Positions 40,350 to 49,602 of a stretch of 64,000 nt of DNA are shown piece by piece. The DNA is from Methanomassiliicoccaceae archaeon (lineage in GTDB: Archaea > Thermoplasmatota > Thermoplasmata > Methanomassiliicoccales > Methanomassiliicoccaceae): positions 736,001 through 800,000 of the forward strand of contig JAXGZN010000001.1 of NCBI GenBank assembly GCA_040776945.1, in the 5' to 3' direction. A program made the translations under genes and the position numbers. The first letter of the stretch is position 1, and each line of letters starts with the position of its first letter. Under the pieces are notes generated by a model. The model searched no databases. It was not told the DNA's origin and saw only the letters and a list, made by a program, of their open reading frames with translations.

Positions 40350-43300
40350 TTGCCGGCAGAGGGCGATGATGGTTACGACGCGGTGATGAACGGCGTGAGC
40401 GGGGAGGAGCCCCGGGACGAGAAGCTCCATCCAGGCGTGGACGTGAGCGTGGTCTCCAAGTGGGAAGCGTTCTTCCAGGGCACCGAGTACATGCAGAAGG
40501 TGCGCGAGGTGGCCGACCTGTACCCTGAGGTCAGGAGCGTCAACGTCAAGTACGATGATCTGGACAGGTTCGACGCGGACCTTGCCGCCGGGCTGCTGGA
40601 CCATCCCGACCTCTATCTCCTCGCAGGCAAGCAGGCGATGAAGAACCTCATGCACCTGGACATGCGGCGGGCGGGCATCAACCTCCGCATATTGGAGCTT
40701 CCGAGGGACTCGCGGGTGGAGATCAGGGACCTCAGGGCCAAGCACGTCGGGAAGCTGGTCTCCGTGGAAGGCCTGGTTCGCAAGGCCACGGAGGTCCGGC
40801 CTAAGATCACCGATGCGCTGTTCCAGTGCCTGAGGTGCGGCCACGTGATCAAGGAGGTCCAAGAGGGCCTTTTCTTCAAGGAGCCGATGGAGTGCTACAA
40901 GGAGCAGGACGGCTGCGGACGCTCCGCCGGGTCCACCAAGTTCAAGCTTCTGACCGAGGAGTCGCGGTTCGTGGACACGCAGAAGGTCGAGGTGCAGGAG
41001 AGCCCCGAGGGGCTGAGGGGCGGGGCGCAGCCGGAGCGCCTGACAGGCTACCTGGAGGACGACGCCGCCGGTTCGGTGGCGCCGGGCGACCGCATAACCT
41101 TGAACGGCATCCTGCGCTCGGTGCAGAAGGGCCAGCCGGCCAAGTCCACCCTGTTCGACATCAACCTCGACATCATCGCAGCGGAATCGCAGCGCCACGA
41201 GTACGAGGAGATTCAGATCACCGAAGAGGACGAGAGGAGGATAATTGAGACCGCCCGCTCCCCTGACCTGTTCCGGAAGATCGTGGCGTCCATCTCCCCG
41301 ACCATCTTCGGCTACGACACGGAGAAGGAGGCGCTCGCTCTGCAGCTGTTCGGCGGGGTGCCCAAGAACCTCGACGACGGAACTCGCATCAGGGGCGACA
41401 TCCACATCTTATTGATCGGCGACCCAGGGGTCGCCAAGTGCGTGGTCGGGGACACCGACGTCACCCTGCCGGACGGCTCCACCCGCAAGATCAGGGACAT
41501 CGTGGAGGAGGTGCTGGCGACCGGGCCGGTGGAAAGCATCGACGACGGCTTCACCGCACCCGCGGACCTCAAGGTGCTGACCTTCAGCATGAGGGGCCGC
41601 ATGGACACCGGAGAGTGCGTGCGGGTGTGGAAGCGCACCGCCCCGGAGAAGATGATCAAGGTGACCACGGAGAAGGGCCGCACGGTCATCTGCACCCCCA
41701 CGCATCCGCTGTTCGTGCACAACGGACGAGCGATCCGGCCGGTGGAGGTGTCCTGCCTCAAGGTGGGGAGACCGATCGCGGTGAGCACCGGCCTGTTCAA
41801 GCAGTGGGACAACCAGAACTTCGGCTGGGACTGCGGCTTCGACATGGATGCCATCGCCTCCAAGGAGGAGATCGACCCTCCGGAGGAGTGGGTGTACGAC
41901 CTGGAAGTGGACCTGTCGCACAACTACATCGCCAACGGCATAATATCGCATAACAGCCAGATGCTGAGGTACATGTCCCGCCTGGCCCCCCGGGGCATCT
42001 ACGCGTCCGGGAAGTCGTCATCGGCGGCCGGGCTGTGCGTGGCACCGGACACCCAGATAGAGATCGATGGCGCCGAGGTGCCCATCGGAGATTTCGTGGA
42101 GGCCCGCATGCGGTCTCCAGTGGAAGCGAGACCGGGTCAGTGGTGCTGCAGTATAGAGGGCCAGTGCGGCGCGGCAACGGTGTCGGACAGATGCCAGACA
42201 GATAAACAGGTGGAGGCCATATGGCGCATCGACACCCCTTCATTTCTTGTGGAGATCGTGGAATCCTCGGGAAAGCGGCTGACGCTGACCCCAGAGACCA
42301 GGCTTTGGTGCATGCCAGAGTCCTCCCATGATGGGTGGACCAAGGCGTCAGACATCGAGGAGGGCCAGAAGGTCCTCGTGAAGGACGATGCTGCGGGAGG
42401 CTTCCGGTGGAGCGCGGTCTCCGAGGTCAGGATGACCAATGAAGGGCTGCCGCCCGCGGTGTACGACCTCACCGTCAGAGGCGCGCACAGCTTCCTCGCC
42501 AACGGGTTCGTGGTGCACAACACCGCAGCGGCGGTGAAGGACGATTTCGGAGAGGGCCGCTGGACGCTGGAGGCCGGGGCGCTGGTCCTGGCGGACAAGG
42601 GACAGGCCTGCCTCGAGGAGAACGCACCGGTGCTGACGAACCATGGATTCAAGCCCATTCGGGACGTGAGGCCCGGCGACCAGGTGGTCAACTACGACCA
42701 GGGGTATCACTGCGCGACGGTGAAACGGGTCATAAGGAAAGGGGTCAAGCGCACTATCAGGCTCCACACCTACACCGGGGACATCATCGAGTGCACCCCG
42801 GACCATCATGTTCTAACGGGAAGGGGCTGGGTGGAGGCCGGGAGCATCACGCCGAAGGATGCCATAAAGGTGCCCGCCGACCACGCCATCCCGGCCCTCG
42901 TCCGCAGGGACCCCATGGAGAAAGGCTTCCTGCGCGGGTTCGCGATGAGCTGCGTAAGCGGCCGCGGGACCTCGCCGAAGGACCCGGAGCTTGCGGCCGC
43001 GGGCTTGAACGACGACCTTTCCCGCTACATCGCGGGCCTGCTGGAAAGGCATTGCAGGATCGACCACGGCACGGAGGCCCGCTGCCCCCACGGCCGAGCG
43101 TTCATCGGAGGGGGTGAGATGAACAGGTCCCAGAACGTCCTCTGCCAGCTCGGACCCTCCTCTATGGTGGCCGAAGCTTACGCACCGCTCCATCAGGACA
43201 ACATCGACCTGGAGGACCGCGATCACTGCCTCGGCATACTGGCCGGGGCGATAAGCGCAGACTGCCGCATAACCCACAGGCGGGGAGCGCACGGCGAGAG

Positions 43301-45524
43301 GCATATAATCGACGTCGGCATCGGCAGGAGGCACGGCCCTGAGCGGGCCGAGCGGACGCAGCGCCTTCTGATGGCGCTCTTCCAGAGCTTCGGCATACTG
43401 GCGGTGAAGAGGCGCGGAAAGGTCCAGATATCATCGGTCGAGAGCTACAACCGGGCCGCCGACCTCATCGGGCCGTTCGTGGTCGGAAGGAACGCCTCGA
43501 AGCTCTGCCGCGTGAATGCCAAGGGCAGGACAGGCTCGCCCGACGCGCTGCTGGACGACGAATATCTCGATTGGCTCTCGTCCGTGAGGTTCCGAGCCTC
43601 TCGTACGGCGGAGCTAGGGCTTCGCCCCCTCATCCGCCGCGCGGTCAGGAGAAGGAAGGTCTCGGTCACCTTGATGGAGGCCCTCCGGCCGCACTGGAAG
43701 ACCATAACCGACGCTCCGTTCCGTGAGCCGGCCAGAGATTACCTTCTCAATCCGGTCATCAAGATCACGCCCGGTTCGGAGCGTCCCGTTTACGACCTCA
43801 CCATCGACGGGGAGCCCAACTTCCTGGTGTCCGGCGGAATAGTCCACAACTGCGTCGACGAGATGGACAAGATGACCGACCAGGACCGGTCAAGCATGCA
43901 CGAGGCCATGGAATCGCAGTGCTATGACGATCGGACCGAGGTGCTGACCGATAAGGGATGGAAGCTGTTCCGCGATGTGAGCCGCGAGGACCTGGTGGCC
44001 TCCATGGACCCTTCCGGCGGTGTCGAGCTCGTTCGCCCCTCGCTCTACGTTGACAACGAGTACGATGGAGAGATGTATCGCATCCGTTCCGAGCATGTCG
44101 ATCTCCTCGTCACCCCCAACCACAACATGTACGTCTCCACCGCCGGCCAAGACGGCTACGCCCTGGTCCGCATGGACGAGCTTCCGCTCGACCGGACGAT
44201 CAGGTTCAAGAAGAACGCCGCCCGGCCGGTCGAGGGCACCGTGCTCCCAACGGCATCCCGGCAGAAGGCCGGAGGGGCATCCGCCGGAGCGCTCCTTGTG
44301 AACCGTGAGAGGATGAGCGCATCGGCGGAACGGATGCGCGATATGCTCGGGACATCGTCCCTCCGGCAGATGGCGGAGGGGACCCGGACGTTCACGACCC
44401 ATGACCGCGCCCTCGCGGACAACGTTCAGGAGATGGCCTTCAAGGCGGGGCTCGCCGCAGATATCGAGGAGGCGGTCGAGGGCGGACGGGCGCTGTACAC
44501 CATACAAATGATCGATGATGAGGGCGCTGAGCCGGCGATCGATGCGGCCAGAGAGGTCTCCAAGGAGCGCTATCGCGGAAGAGTTTACTGTGTCGAAGTG
44601 CCGAACCACGTCCTCTACGTTCGGCGCAACGGCAAGCCCGTATGGTGCGGCAACACCGTCTCGGTGGCCAAGGCCGGCATCACCGCCACGCTGCAGTGCC
44701 GGTGCTCCCTTCTCGGCGCGGCGAACCCGAAGTACGGCCGCTTCCAGGAGCACCAGTACATCGCCGATCAGATCAACATGCCTCCCGCGCTGCTCTCCAG
44801 GTTCGACCTGATATTCGCGATGACCGACAAGCCGTCCGCGGACAAGGACGCTAACATCACCCAGCACATCCTCAAGGCCCATCGCAGGGGGCAAGTCCGC
44901 AAGTACGAGGACCCCGCGGCCATATCCGGCGTGGACGGGGAGAGGATCCTGAGCGACACCACCGCCATGCTGCCGGCGCTGGAGCGGGACTTCTTCCGCA
45001 AGTACGTCGCGTACTCCAAGAAGATCAATCCCGTGCTCTCCGACGAGGCCATGGCCATCATCTCCCAGTTCTACCTGAAGATCAGGAAGCAGGGCGAGGG
45101 CGAGGGCGCCTCGGTGCCGATCACCGCCCGTCAGCTGGAGGCGTTCGTCAGGCTCTCGGAGGCGAGCGCCCGGGCGAGGCTGTCGAACGTGGTGGAGGCG
45201 GATGACGCGCAGCGAGCAGTGCGCATCGTGGAGTACTATCTCCGACGCATCGCCGGAGAGGGCGACAAGCTCGATTTCGACATCATAGCCACCGGCACCT
45301 CGCATTCGCAGCGCGAGCAGATAGGGATCCTGAAGAAGCTAATCTCCGGGCTGTCCAAGAACGCGGAGTTCAAGAAGGGCGTGCCGTCGGAGGAGATCTT
45401 CAAGTCCGCGATGGCGGAGGGCATCGCCGAGGACCGGGCCAAAACATTGCTCAAGCGCCTGGCGCAGAACGGGGAGATATACTCGCCATCGCCTGGCCAC
45501 TATAGACTGGCATCGGAGGGTTGA
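40350..45524 (+). CDS. mcm: Replicative helicase MCM precursor with four inteins (about 731 aa spliced)
   Basis: Exteins join to give GDPGVAK|S, SAAGL|T, ADKGQA|CVDEMDK, AMESQ|T; also AANPKYGR, LLSRFD, ITARQLE. Confidence 0.97.
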   Translation: MPAEGDDGYDAVMNGVSGEEPRDEKLHPGVDVSVVSKWEAFFQGTEYMQKVREVADLYPEVRSVNVKYDDLDRFDADLAAGLLDHPDLYLLAGKQAMKNLMHLDMRRAGINLRILELPRDSRVEIRDLRAKHVGKLVSVEGLVRKATEVRPKITDALFQCLRCGHVIKEVQEGLFFKEPMECYKEQDGCGRSAGSTKFKLLTEESRFVDTQKVEVQESPEGLRGGAQPERLTGYLEDDAAGSVAPGDRITLNGILRSVQKGQPAKSTLFDINLDIIAAESQRHEYEEIQITEEDERRIIETARSPDLFRKIVASISPTIFGYDTEKEALALQLFGGVPKNLDDGTRIRGDIHILLIGDPGVAKCVVGDTDVTLPDGSTRKIRDIVEEVLATGPVESIDDGFTAPADLKVLTFSMRGRMDTGECVRVWKRTAPEKMIKVTTEKGRTVICTPTHPLFVHNGRAIRPVEVSCLKVGRPIAVSTGLFKQWDNQNFGWDCGFDMDAIASKEEIDPPEEWVYDLEVDLSHNYIANGIISHNSQMLRYMSRLAPRGIYASGKSSSAAGLCVAPDTQIEIDGAEVPIGDFVEARMRSPVEARPGQWCCSIEGQCGAATVSDRCQTDKQVEAIWRIDTPSFLVEIVESSGKRLTLTPETRLWCMPESSHDGWTKASDIEEGQKVLVKDDAAGGFRWSAVSEVRMTNEGLPPAVYDLTVRGAHSFLANGFVVHNTAAAVKDDFGEGRWTLEAGALVLADKGQACLEENAPVLTNHGFKPIRDVRPGDQVVNYDQGYHCATVKRVIRKGVKRTIRLHTYTGDIIECTPDHHVLTGRGWVEAGSITPKDAIKVPADHAIPALVRRDPMEKGFLRGFAMSCVSGRGTSPKDPELAAAGLNDDLSRYIAGLLERHCRIDHGTEARCPHGRAFIGGGEMNRSQNVLCQLGPSSMVAEAYAPLHQDNIDLEDRDHCLGILAGAISADCRITHRRGAHGERHIIDVGIGRRHGPERAERTQRLLMALFQSFGILAVKRRGKVQISSVESYNRAADLIGPFVVGRNASKLCRVNAKGRTGSPDALLDDEYLDWLSSVRFRASRTAELGLRPLIRRAVRRRKVSVTLMEALRPHWKTITDAPFREPARDYLLNPVIKITPGSERPVYDLTIDGEPNFLVSGGIVHNCVDEMDKMTDQDRSSMHEAMESQCYDDRTEVLTDKGWKLFRDVSREDLVASMDPSGGVELVRPSLYVDNEYDGEMYRIRSEHVDLLVTPNHNMYVSTAGQDGYALVRMDELPLDRTIRFKKNAARPVEGTVLPTASRQKAGGASAGALLVNRERMSASAERMRDMLGTSSLRQMAEGTRTFTTHDRALADNVQEMAFKAGLAADIEEAVEGGRALYTIQMIDDEGAEPAIDAAREVSKERYRGRVYCVEVPNHVLYVRRNGKPVWCGNTVSVAKAGITATLQCRCSLLGAANPKYGRFQEHQYIADQINMPPALLSRFDLIFAMTDKPSADKDANITQHILKAHRRGQVRKYEDPAAISGVDGERILSDTTAMLPALERDFFRKYVAYSKKINPVLSDEAMAIISQFYLKIRKQGEGEGASVPITARQLEAFVRLSEASARARLSNVVEADDAQRAVRIVEYYLRRIAGEGDKLDFDIIATGTSHSQREQIGILKKLISGLSKNAEFKKGVPSEEIFKSAMAEGIAEDRAKTLLKRLAQNGEIYSPSPGHYRLASEG
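41439..41954 (+). mobile_element. MCM intein 1 (mini-intein, 172 aa, Walker A site)
   Basis: Starts CVVGDT, block B TPTHP, ends VYDL...ISHN|S. Confidence 0.93.
42036..42521 (+). mobile_element. MCM intein 2 (mini-intein, 162 aa)
   Basis: Starts CVAPDT, ends VYDLTV..AHSF.ANGFVVHN|T. Confidence 0.93.
42609..43850 (+). mobile_element. MCM intein 3 (414 aa, degenerate LAGLIDADG region, Walker B site)
   Basis: Starts CLEENA, block B TPDH, ends VYDLT...IVHN|C. Confidence 0.92.
43920..44654 (+). mobile_element. MCM intein 4 (245 aa, WCGN terminus)
   Basis: Starts CYDDRTEVLT..GW, block B TPNH, ends VYCVEVPNH.LYVRRNGKPVWCGN|T. Confidence 0.92.
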
Positions 45525-45525
45525 G

Positions 45526-45819
45526 ATGATCACGCTGCGAATGCACCGACACGGGCGCGAGCTCCTGCTCGCCGCGGCGGACAAGGACCTTCTGGGCAGG
45601 GAGCTGAGAGGCGACGGCCTGAGACTGGAGGTATGCCTAGAGTTCTACGAAGGCGAGGACGCCAGCGAGGAGGTTCTGCTGAACCGCCTGTCGATGTGCA
45701 CCGTGGCCAACCTGGTAGGCGAGGAGACGGTCGGTGCGGCGCTGCGCGGCGGCTACCTGCACGAGGACTGCATACTGAGGATCGCTGGGGTCCCCCATGC
45801 CCAGCTGGCGAAGATGTAG
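45526..45819 (+). CDS. DUF424 family protein
   Basis: LAA.D..LLG, FY.G, ANLVG, I.GVPHAQ. Confidence 0.9.
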   Translation: MITLRMHRHGRELLLAAADKDLLGRELRGDGLRLEVCLEFYEGEDASEEVLLNRLSMCTVANLVGEETVGAALRGGYLHEDCILRIAGVPHAQLAKM

Positions 45820-46848
45820 ATGTTCTGCGTGAAGTGCGGCCGAGAGGGAAGGACGTACAGCGCCCTATGCCCGGAATGCTTCCTCCAGGCCAACCGGTTC
45901 ACGTCAGTGCCGGAGTTCCTGGACCTCAACGTCTGCGCGCACTGCGCCGACTATCTGCTCGGCAGGAGATGGAAGCACTACGATGCCGAGGAGGACGCGG
46001 TGAAGGACCACGCCGCCGATAACATACTCCTTCGGCAGGACGCCATAATGACGGAGCTGGAGGTGGCCGCGGAGAAGATGGACGCCAAGCACTACCGGGT
46101 GACGATGGTCGCCCACCTGCTGCACGAGGACCTCGAGGTCGCCGAGGAGCTGGGGACGACCGTGAGGGTGCGCCGCAGCGTCTGTCCGAAGTGCAACAAG
46201 ATCCAGGGCAATTACTTCGAGTCCATTGTGCAGATCCGCCCATCGGACAAGCGGTTCTCGGAAGAGGAGCGGGAGGCCGTCCTGAAACGCGCCCTGTCCT
46301 ACGTCGAGGGCATGGCCAAGGACAGCCGGGACGCGTTCGTGGCCAAGGTCACCCAGGCCCACGGCGGCTACGACCTCTACGTGAGCACGATAGCGCTGGG
46401 GAAGATGCTGTCCCGGGACCTCGTCTCCACCTACGGCGCCGAGTACAAGGAATCATCGAGCCTGCAGGGACAGAAGGACGGCCACGACATCTATCGGGTC
46501 ACCTACCTGGTACGACTGCCGCCGTACCGCGTCCGAGACATAGTGCTCGTCAACGGCCGCCTGTACATGGTCCACAGCACCGGTCCGCACTCCGCGAAGC
46601 TTAGGGACCTGAAGAGCAACGAGCTCCTCACGGCGATGAACCAGGACCTCAGGGAGGTCAAGGTCGTGGGCACGCCCAGGGACGTGCTGGACGCTGTCGT
46701 TCTCACCGAAACCGACCGTGAGTACCAGATCATGCATCCGGTGAGCTACCGCACCGTGGAGATAAAGCACCCCCGCGGCTTCGTGCGCACCGGGGACACG
46801 GTGAAGGTGTTCCCCTACGAGGGGGAGCTCTACTTCATCGGCAACTAG
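45820..46848 (+). CDS. nmd3: NMD3-related ribosome biogenesis protein
   Basis: FC.KCG, LC..C, C..C, C..C...G.YFE.IVQ.R, YR.TYLVRLP. Confidence 0.92.
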   Translation: MFCVKCGREGRTYSALCPECFLQANRFTSVPEFLDLNVCAHCADYLLGRRWKHYDAEEDAVKDHAADNILLRQDAIMTELEVAAEKMDAKHYRVTMVAHLLHEDLEVAEELGTTVRVRRSVCPKCNKIQGNYFESIVQIRPSDKRFSEEEREAVLKRALSYVEGMAKDSRDAFVAKVTQAHGGYDLYVSTIALGKMLSRDLVSTYGAEYKESSSLQGQKDGHDIYRVTYLVRLPPYRVRDIVLVNGRLYMVHSTGPHSAKLRDLKSNELLTAMNQDLREVKVVGTPRDVLDAVVLTETDREYQIMHPVSYRTVEIKHPRGFVRTGDTVKVFPYEGELYFIGN

Positions 46849-47588
46849 CCCTCGCCGTTCTGCTCCAGCATAAGCTCTTGAAGGCGGCCCAGGGCGGCCT
46901 CGGCGTCCTTCCTCGGGCCGCGTATTATCACGCGGTTCCCCTCCTCCTTCCAGTTCTTGCTGGGCAATGACGCTATGCGCACCGGGAACTCGGTGAACAC
47001 CTGTTCGAACAGCGGCTCCATGGACGACTCGCCGCGCCACACCCTGATCTCCAGCTCGATCTCTCCCGTTCCCTCGATCCTGGGCAGGATGTGCTCGCGG
47101 AACATCGGAAGCATCTCATCGGGAAAGCCTGGCAGCAGGAAGATGGTCATCCCGTCCTTCAGTGCCTCTACCCCGCAGGCCGCTCCAGTTGGATTGCTCA
47201 GGGCCCTGGATCCCCGGGGCACCTGGGCCATGCGGCGCAGCACGTCATTGATCATCATCGGCCGCTGGTGCATCCGGGTCAGGGCGGCGGCCATCTCCCT
47301 CTCTGCCTCCGGGTCCGTCACCAGCTCGGCGCCGAGGTACCGGGCCAGGGCCTCCCGCGTCACGTCGTCCAGCGTCGGGCCCAGCCCGCCGGTGACGATG
47401 AGCATGTCGGCTCCCAGCGCCTTCGCGTGCTCGAACCCCTTGACGATGTCGTCCTCGCGGTCGCCCACCACCTCGATCAGAACTAGCCGGGCGCCCTTCC
47501 TGCGTATGGAAGCGACCATCTCCTTCTGGAAAGGGTCGGTATCCCCGGTCAGCAGCTCGTCGCCGATGTGCAGTATGCCGGTCCTCAT
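46845..47588 (-). CDS. CinA N-terminal/molybdopterin-binding domain protein
   Basis: IGDELL.G, TGGLGPT.DD.T, NP.G.A.G, LPG.P.EM. Confidence 0.9.
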   Translation of the reverse strand: MRTGILHIGDELLTGDTDPFQKEMVASIRRKGARLVLIEVVGDREDDIVKGFEHAKALGADMLIVTGGLGPTLDDVTREALARYLGAELVTDPEAEREMAAALTRMHQRPMMINDVLRRMAQVPRGSRALSNPTGAACGVEALKDGMTIFLLPGFPDEMLPMFREHILPRIEGTGEIELEIRVWRGESSMEPLFEQVFTEFPVRIASLPSKNWKEEGNRVIIRGPRKDAEAALGRLQELMLEQNGEG

Positions 47589-47664
47589 CGGTCCGTGATG
47601 TTGGTCCCAGGGAAAAAGGTTGGGGCGGGGGGCTTGGCCGGGCCCCCTCGTCCCCTCGCTCCGA

Positions 47665-48528
47665 TCAGGCGGCCATCTCACGGCGGCGGAAGAAGATGTA
47701 CGCCAATACCATCGCCGCCACGGCATAGGCCACCATCACCCCGATAGACAGGTACACCTCCGGATAGAACAGGTAGGTGGTGAAGCTCTGCCCCGGAGCG
47801 ATCTCGAACGACATCGTGGTGTCGACCGGGTATGGATCGCTCATGATGTAGCTCAGGGTGCCTCCAGCAAAGTCGATCATGAACCACGGCTTGGTCCCTC
47901 CCAGCTGCCCGATCAGCGAGGTGATGATGTTCAATATCAGGAAGAACAGCGCGAAGGTGAGTATCAGCGCGCCGGTCGACCCCTTCATGATGGAGCTGAT
48001 GAGGAAGGCCACGGCCATGGCCGAAATGCCGTAAAGCAGCGAGAGGCCCAGGGACGCGAAGACCCGGTCGGACAGGCCCCCGTCGCCCATGACCAGTCCG
48101 GCGGCGATCGCCACCGCATAGTAGGTGACCAGCACCAGGCCCATAGCCCCCACCGAAGAGGCGAACTTGCCGGCAAGGATGCTCGATTTTCTCACCGGAT
48201 TGGGGAACAGCAGGAAGCCAGTGCGCGACTGGTACTCGGAAACAATGGCATCCCCGCCGAAGAGCGTAGCGCCCAGGACGATCAGTATGCTCACGAAGCC
48301 GACATACTGCTCGATGACCCCGTCCACGGTATGCGGCCGCTCGCTGGTTCCCACCAGCGCGGTGATCAGCACCAGGACCAGGGCCTCTATGATGAGTATG
48401 CCCAGCAGCCGCCGGCTGCGCAGGTACTTCATGATGTCGTACTTTGCAACGACCACGGTCTGCTGCAGGTCGGAGGGGAGCGCCCTCCCCCCGTTCTTCA
48501 CCGCTTCGACGTTAGCCTCCATCATCAT
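47665..48528 (-). CDS. ABC-2 type transporter permease
   Basis: Six TM helices; E....T......P.....I..GK motif. Confidence 0.88.
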   Translation of the reverse strand: MMMEANVEAVKNGGRALPSDLQQTVVVAKYDIMKYLRSRRLLGILIIEALVLVLITALVGTSERPHTVDGVIEQYVGFVSILIVLGATLFGGDAIVSEYQSRTGFLLFPNPVRKSSILAGKFASSVGAMGLVLVTYYAVAIAAGLVMGDGGLSDRVFASLGLSLLYGISAMAVAFLISSIMKGSTGALILTFALFFLILNIITSLIGQLGGTKPWFMIDFAGGTLSYIMSDPYPVDTTMSFEIAPGQSFTTYLFYPEVYLSIGVMVAYAVAAMVLAYIFFRRREMAA

Positions 48529-49463
48529 CACCTCGAGTCCTTGATCAGCGACATATAGAGCGACTCCAGCGCCAGGCCCGACTCCTTGTAAGAGACGACG
48601 TTCAGTCCGATGGACTGCAGGTCCATCAGCGCCTTGCTTTGGGCCTCGACCCCGCCCTTCAGGGAGAACATGAACTGGTTCTCCCCTGCCGCCCGGAGCT
48701 CGGTGACGCCGTCGAGCTTGGACACCTTGTTCAGCAGCTCTCCGCTGACCTTCTGCAGGACGGCCACCTCGATCCTGCGCACGGACGCTTGGCCCACGAG
48801 GCTGGCCACGGAGCCGGACCGCAGCAGCTTCCCGTGATCTATGAGGACGACGTCTGTGCACACCTCCTGCACCTCGTTCAGCAGGTGGGAGGACATGAAC
48901 ACGGTGTAATCGGCCCTCTTCAACTCGGTGAGGATCTCGCGCACCTCCACCATGCCTCGCGGATCGAGGCCCGAGGTCGGCTCGTCGAGGATGATGACGG
49001 ATGGCTCGTGCAATATCGCTTGGGCGATGGCCACCCGCTGCTTCATGCCCTTGGAGAACTTGCCGATGCGCTTGTCCGCCCAGTCGGTCATCTTGACCGT
49101 CTCCAGGACCTCGCGGCCCCTGCGCTCGATGTCCTGCCTGCTCATCCCCCTGAGCTCTCCCAAGTACGACAGCGTCTCCCGGGGGGTCAGAAAAGGGTAG
49201 AACTCCGGCGTCTCCACCACCGCCCCTACGTTCGCCAGCGCGGCCTTGGGGTCCTTGGTGACATCGACGCCGTTAAGGTACGCCTCTCCTGAGCTCGCAG
49301 AGAGCATGTTCGTCAGGATCTTGATGGTGGTGGTCTTCCCGGCGCCGTTGGGGCCCAGGAAGCCCATGAAAGACCTTCGGGGGACGGTCAGGCTCAGATC
49401 GTCCACGGCCATGAAGCCCCCGAAGTCCTTGGTCAGCTTGTTGATGACGATAGGTTCGGTCAT
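48528..49463 (-). CDS. ABC transporter ATP-binding protein
   Basis: GPNGAGKTT, FSKGMKQR, LDEPTSGLDP, SSH. Confidence 0.95.
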   Translation of the reverse strand: MTEPIVINKLTKDFGGFMAVDDLSLTVPRRSFMGFLGPNGAGKTTTIKILTNMLSASSGEAYLNGVDVTKDPKAALANVGAVVETPEFYPFLTPRETLSYLGELRGMSRQDIERRGREVLETVKMTDWADKRIGKFSKGMKQRVAIAQAILHEPSVIILDEPTSGLDPRGMVEVREILTELKRADYTVFMSSHLLNEVQEVCTDVVLIDHGKLLRSGSVASLVGQASVRRIEVAVLQKVSGELLNKVSKLDGVTELRAAGENQFMFSLKGGVEAQSKALMDLQSIGLNVVSYKESGLALESLYMSLIKDSR

Positions 49464-49602
49464 TGGACCCCCTCTTGGATCAAGGTATTGACGGCCCCTG
49501 CGGATATAATCCTTTGCGGAGATTTTTATACAAATAGGCCAGCCTGGCTATAGTTTGCTCCGAGGCGTACACCTGATATAGACGGCGGGGGATACAACGG
49601 AC

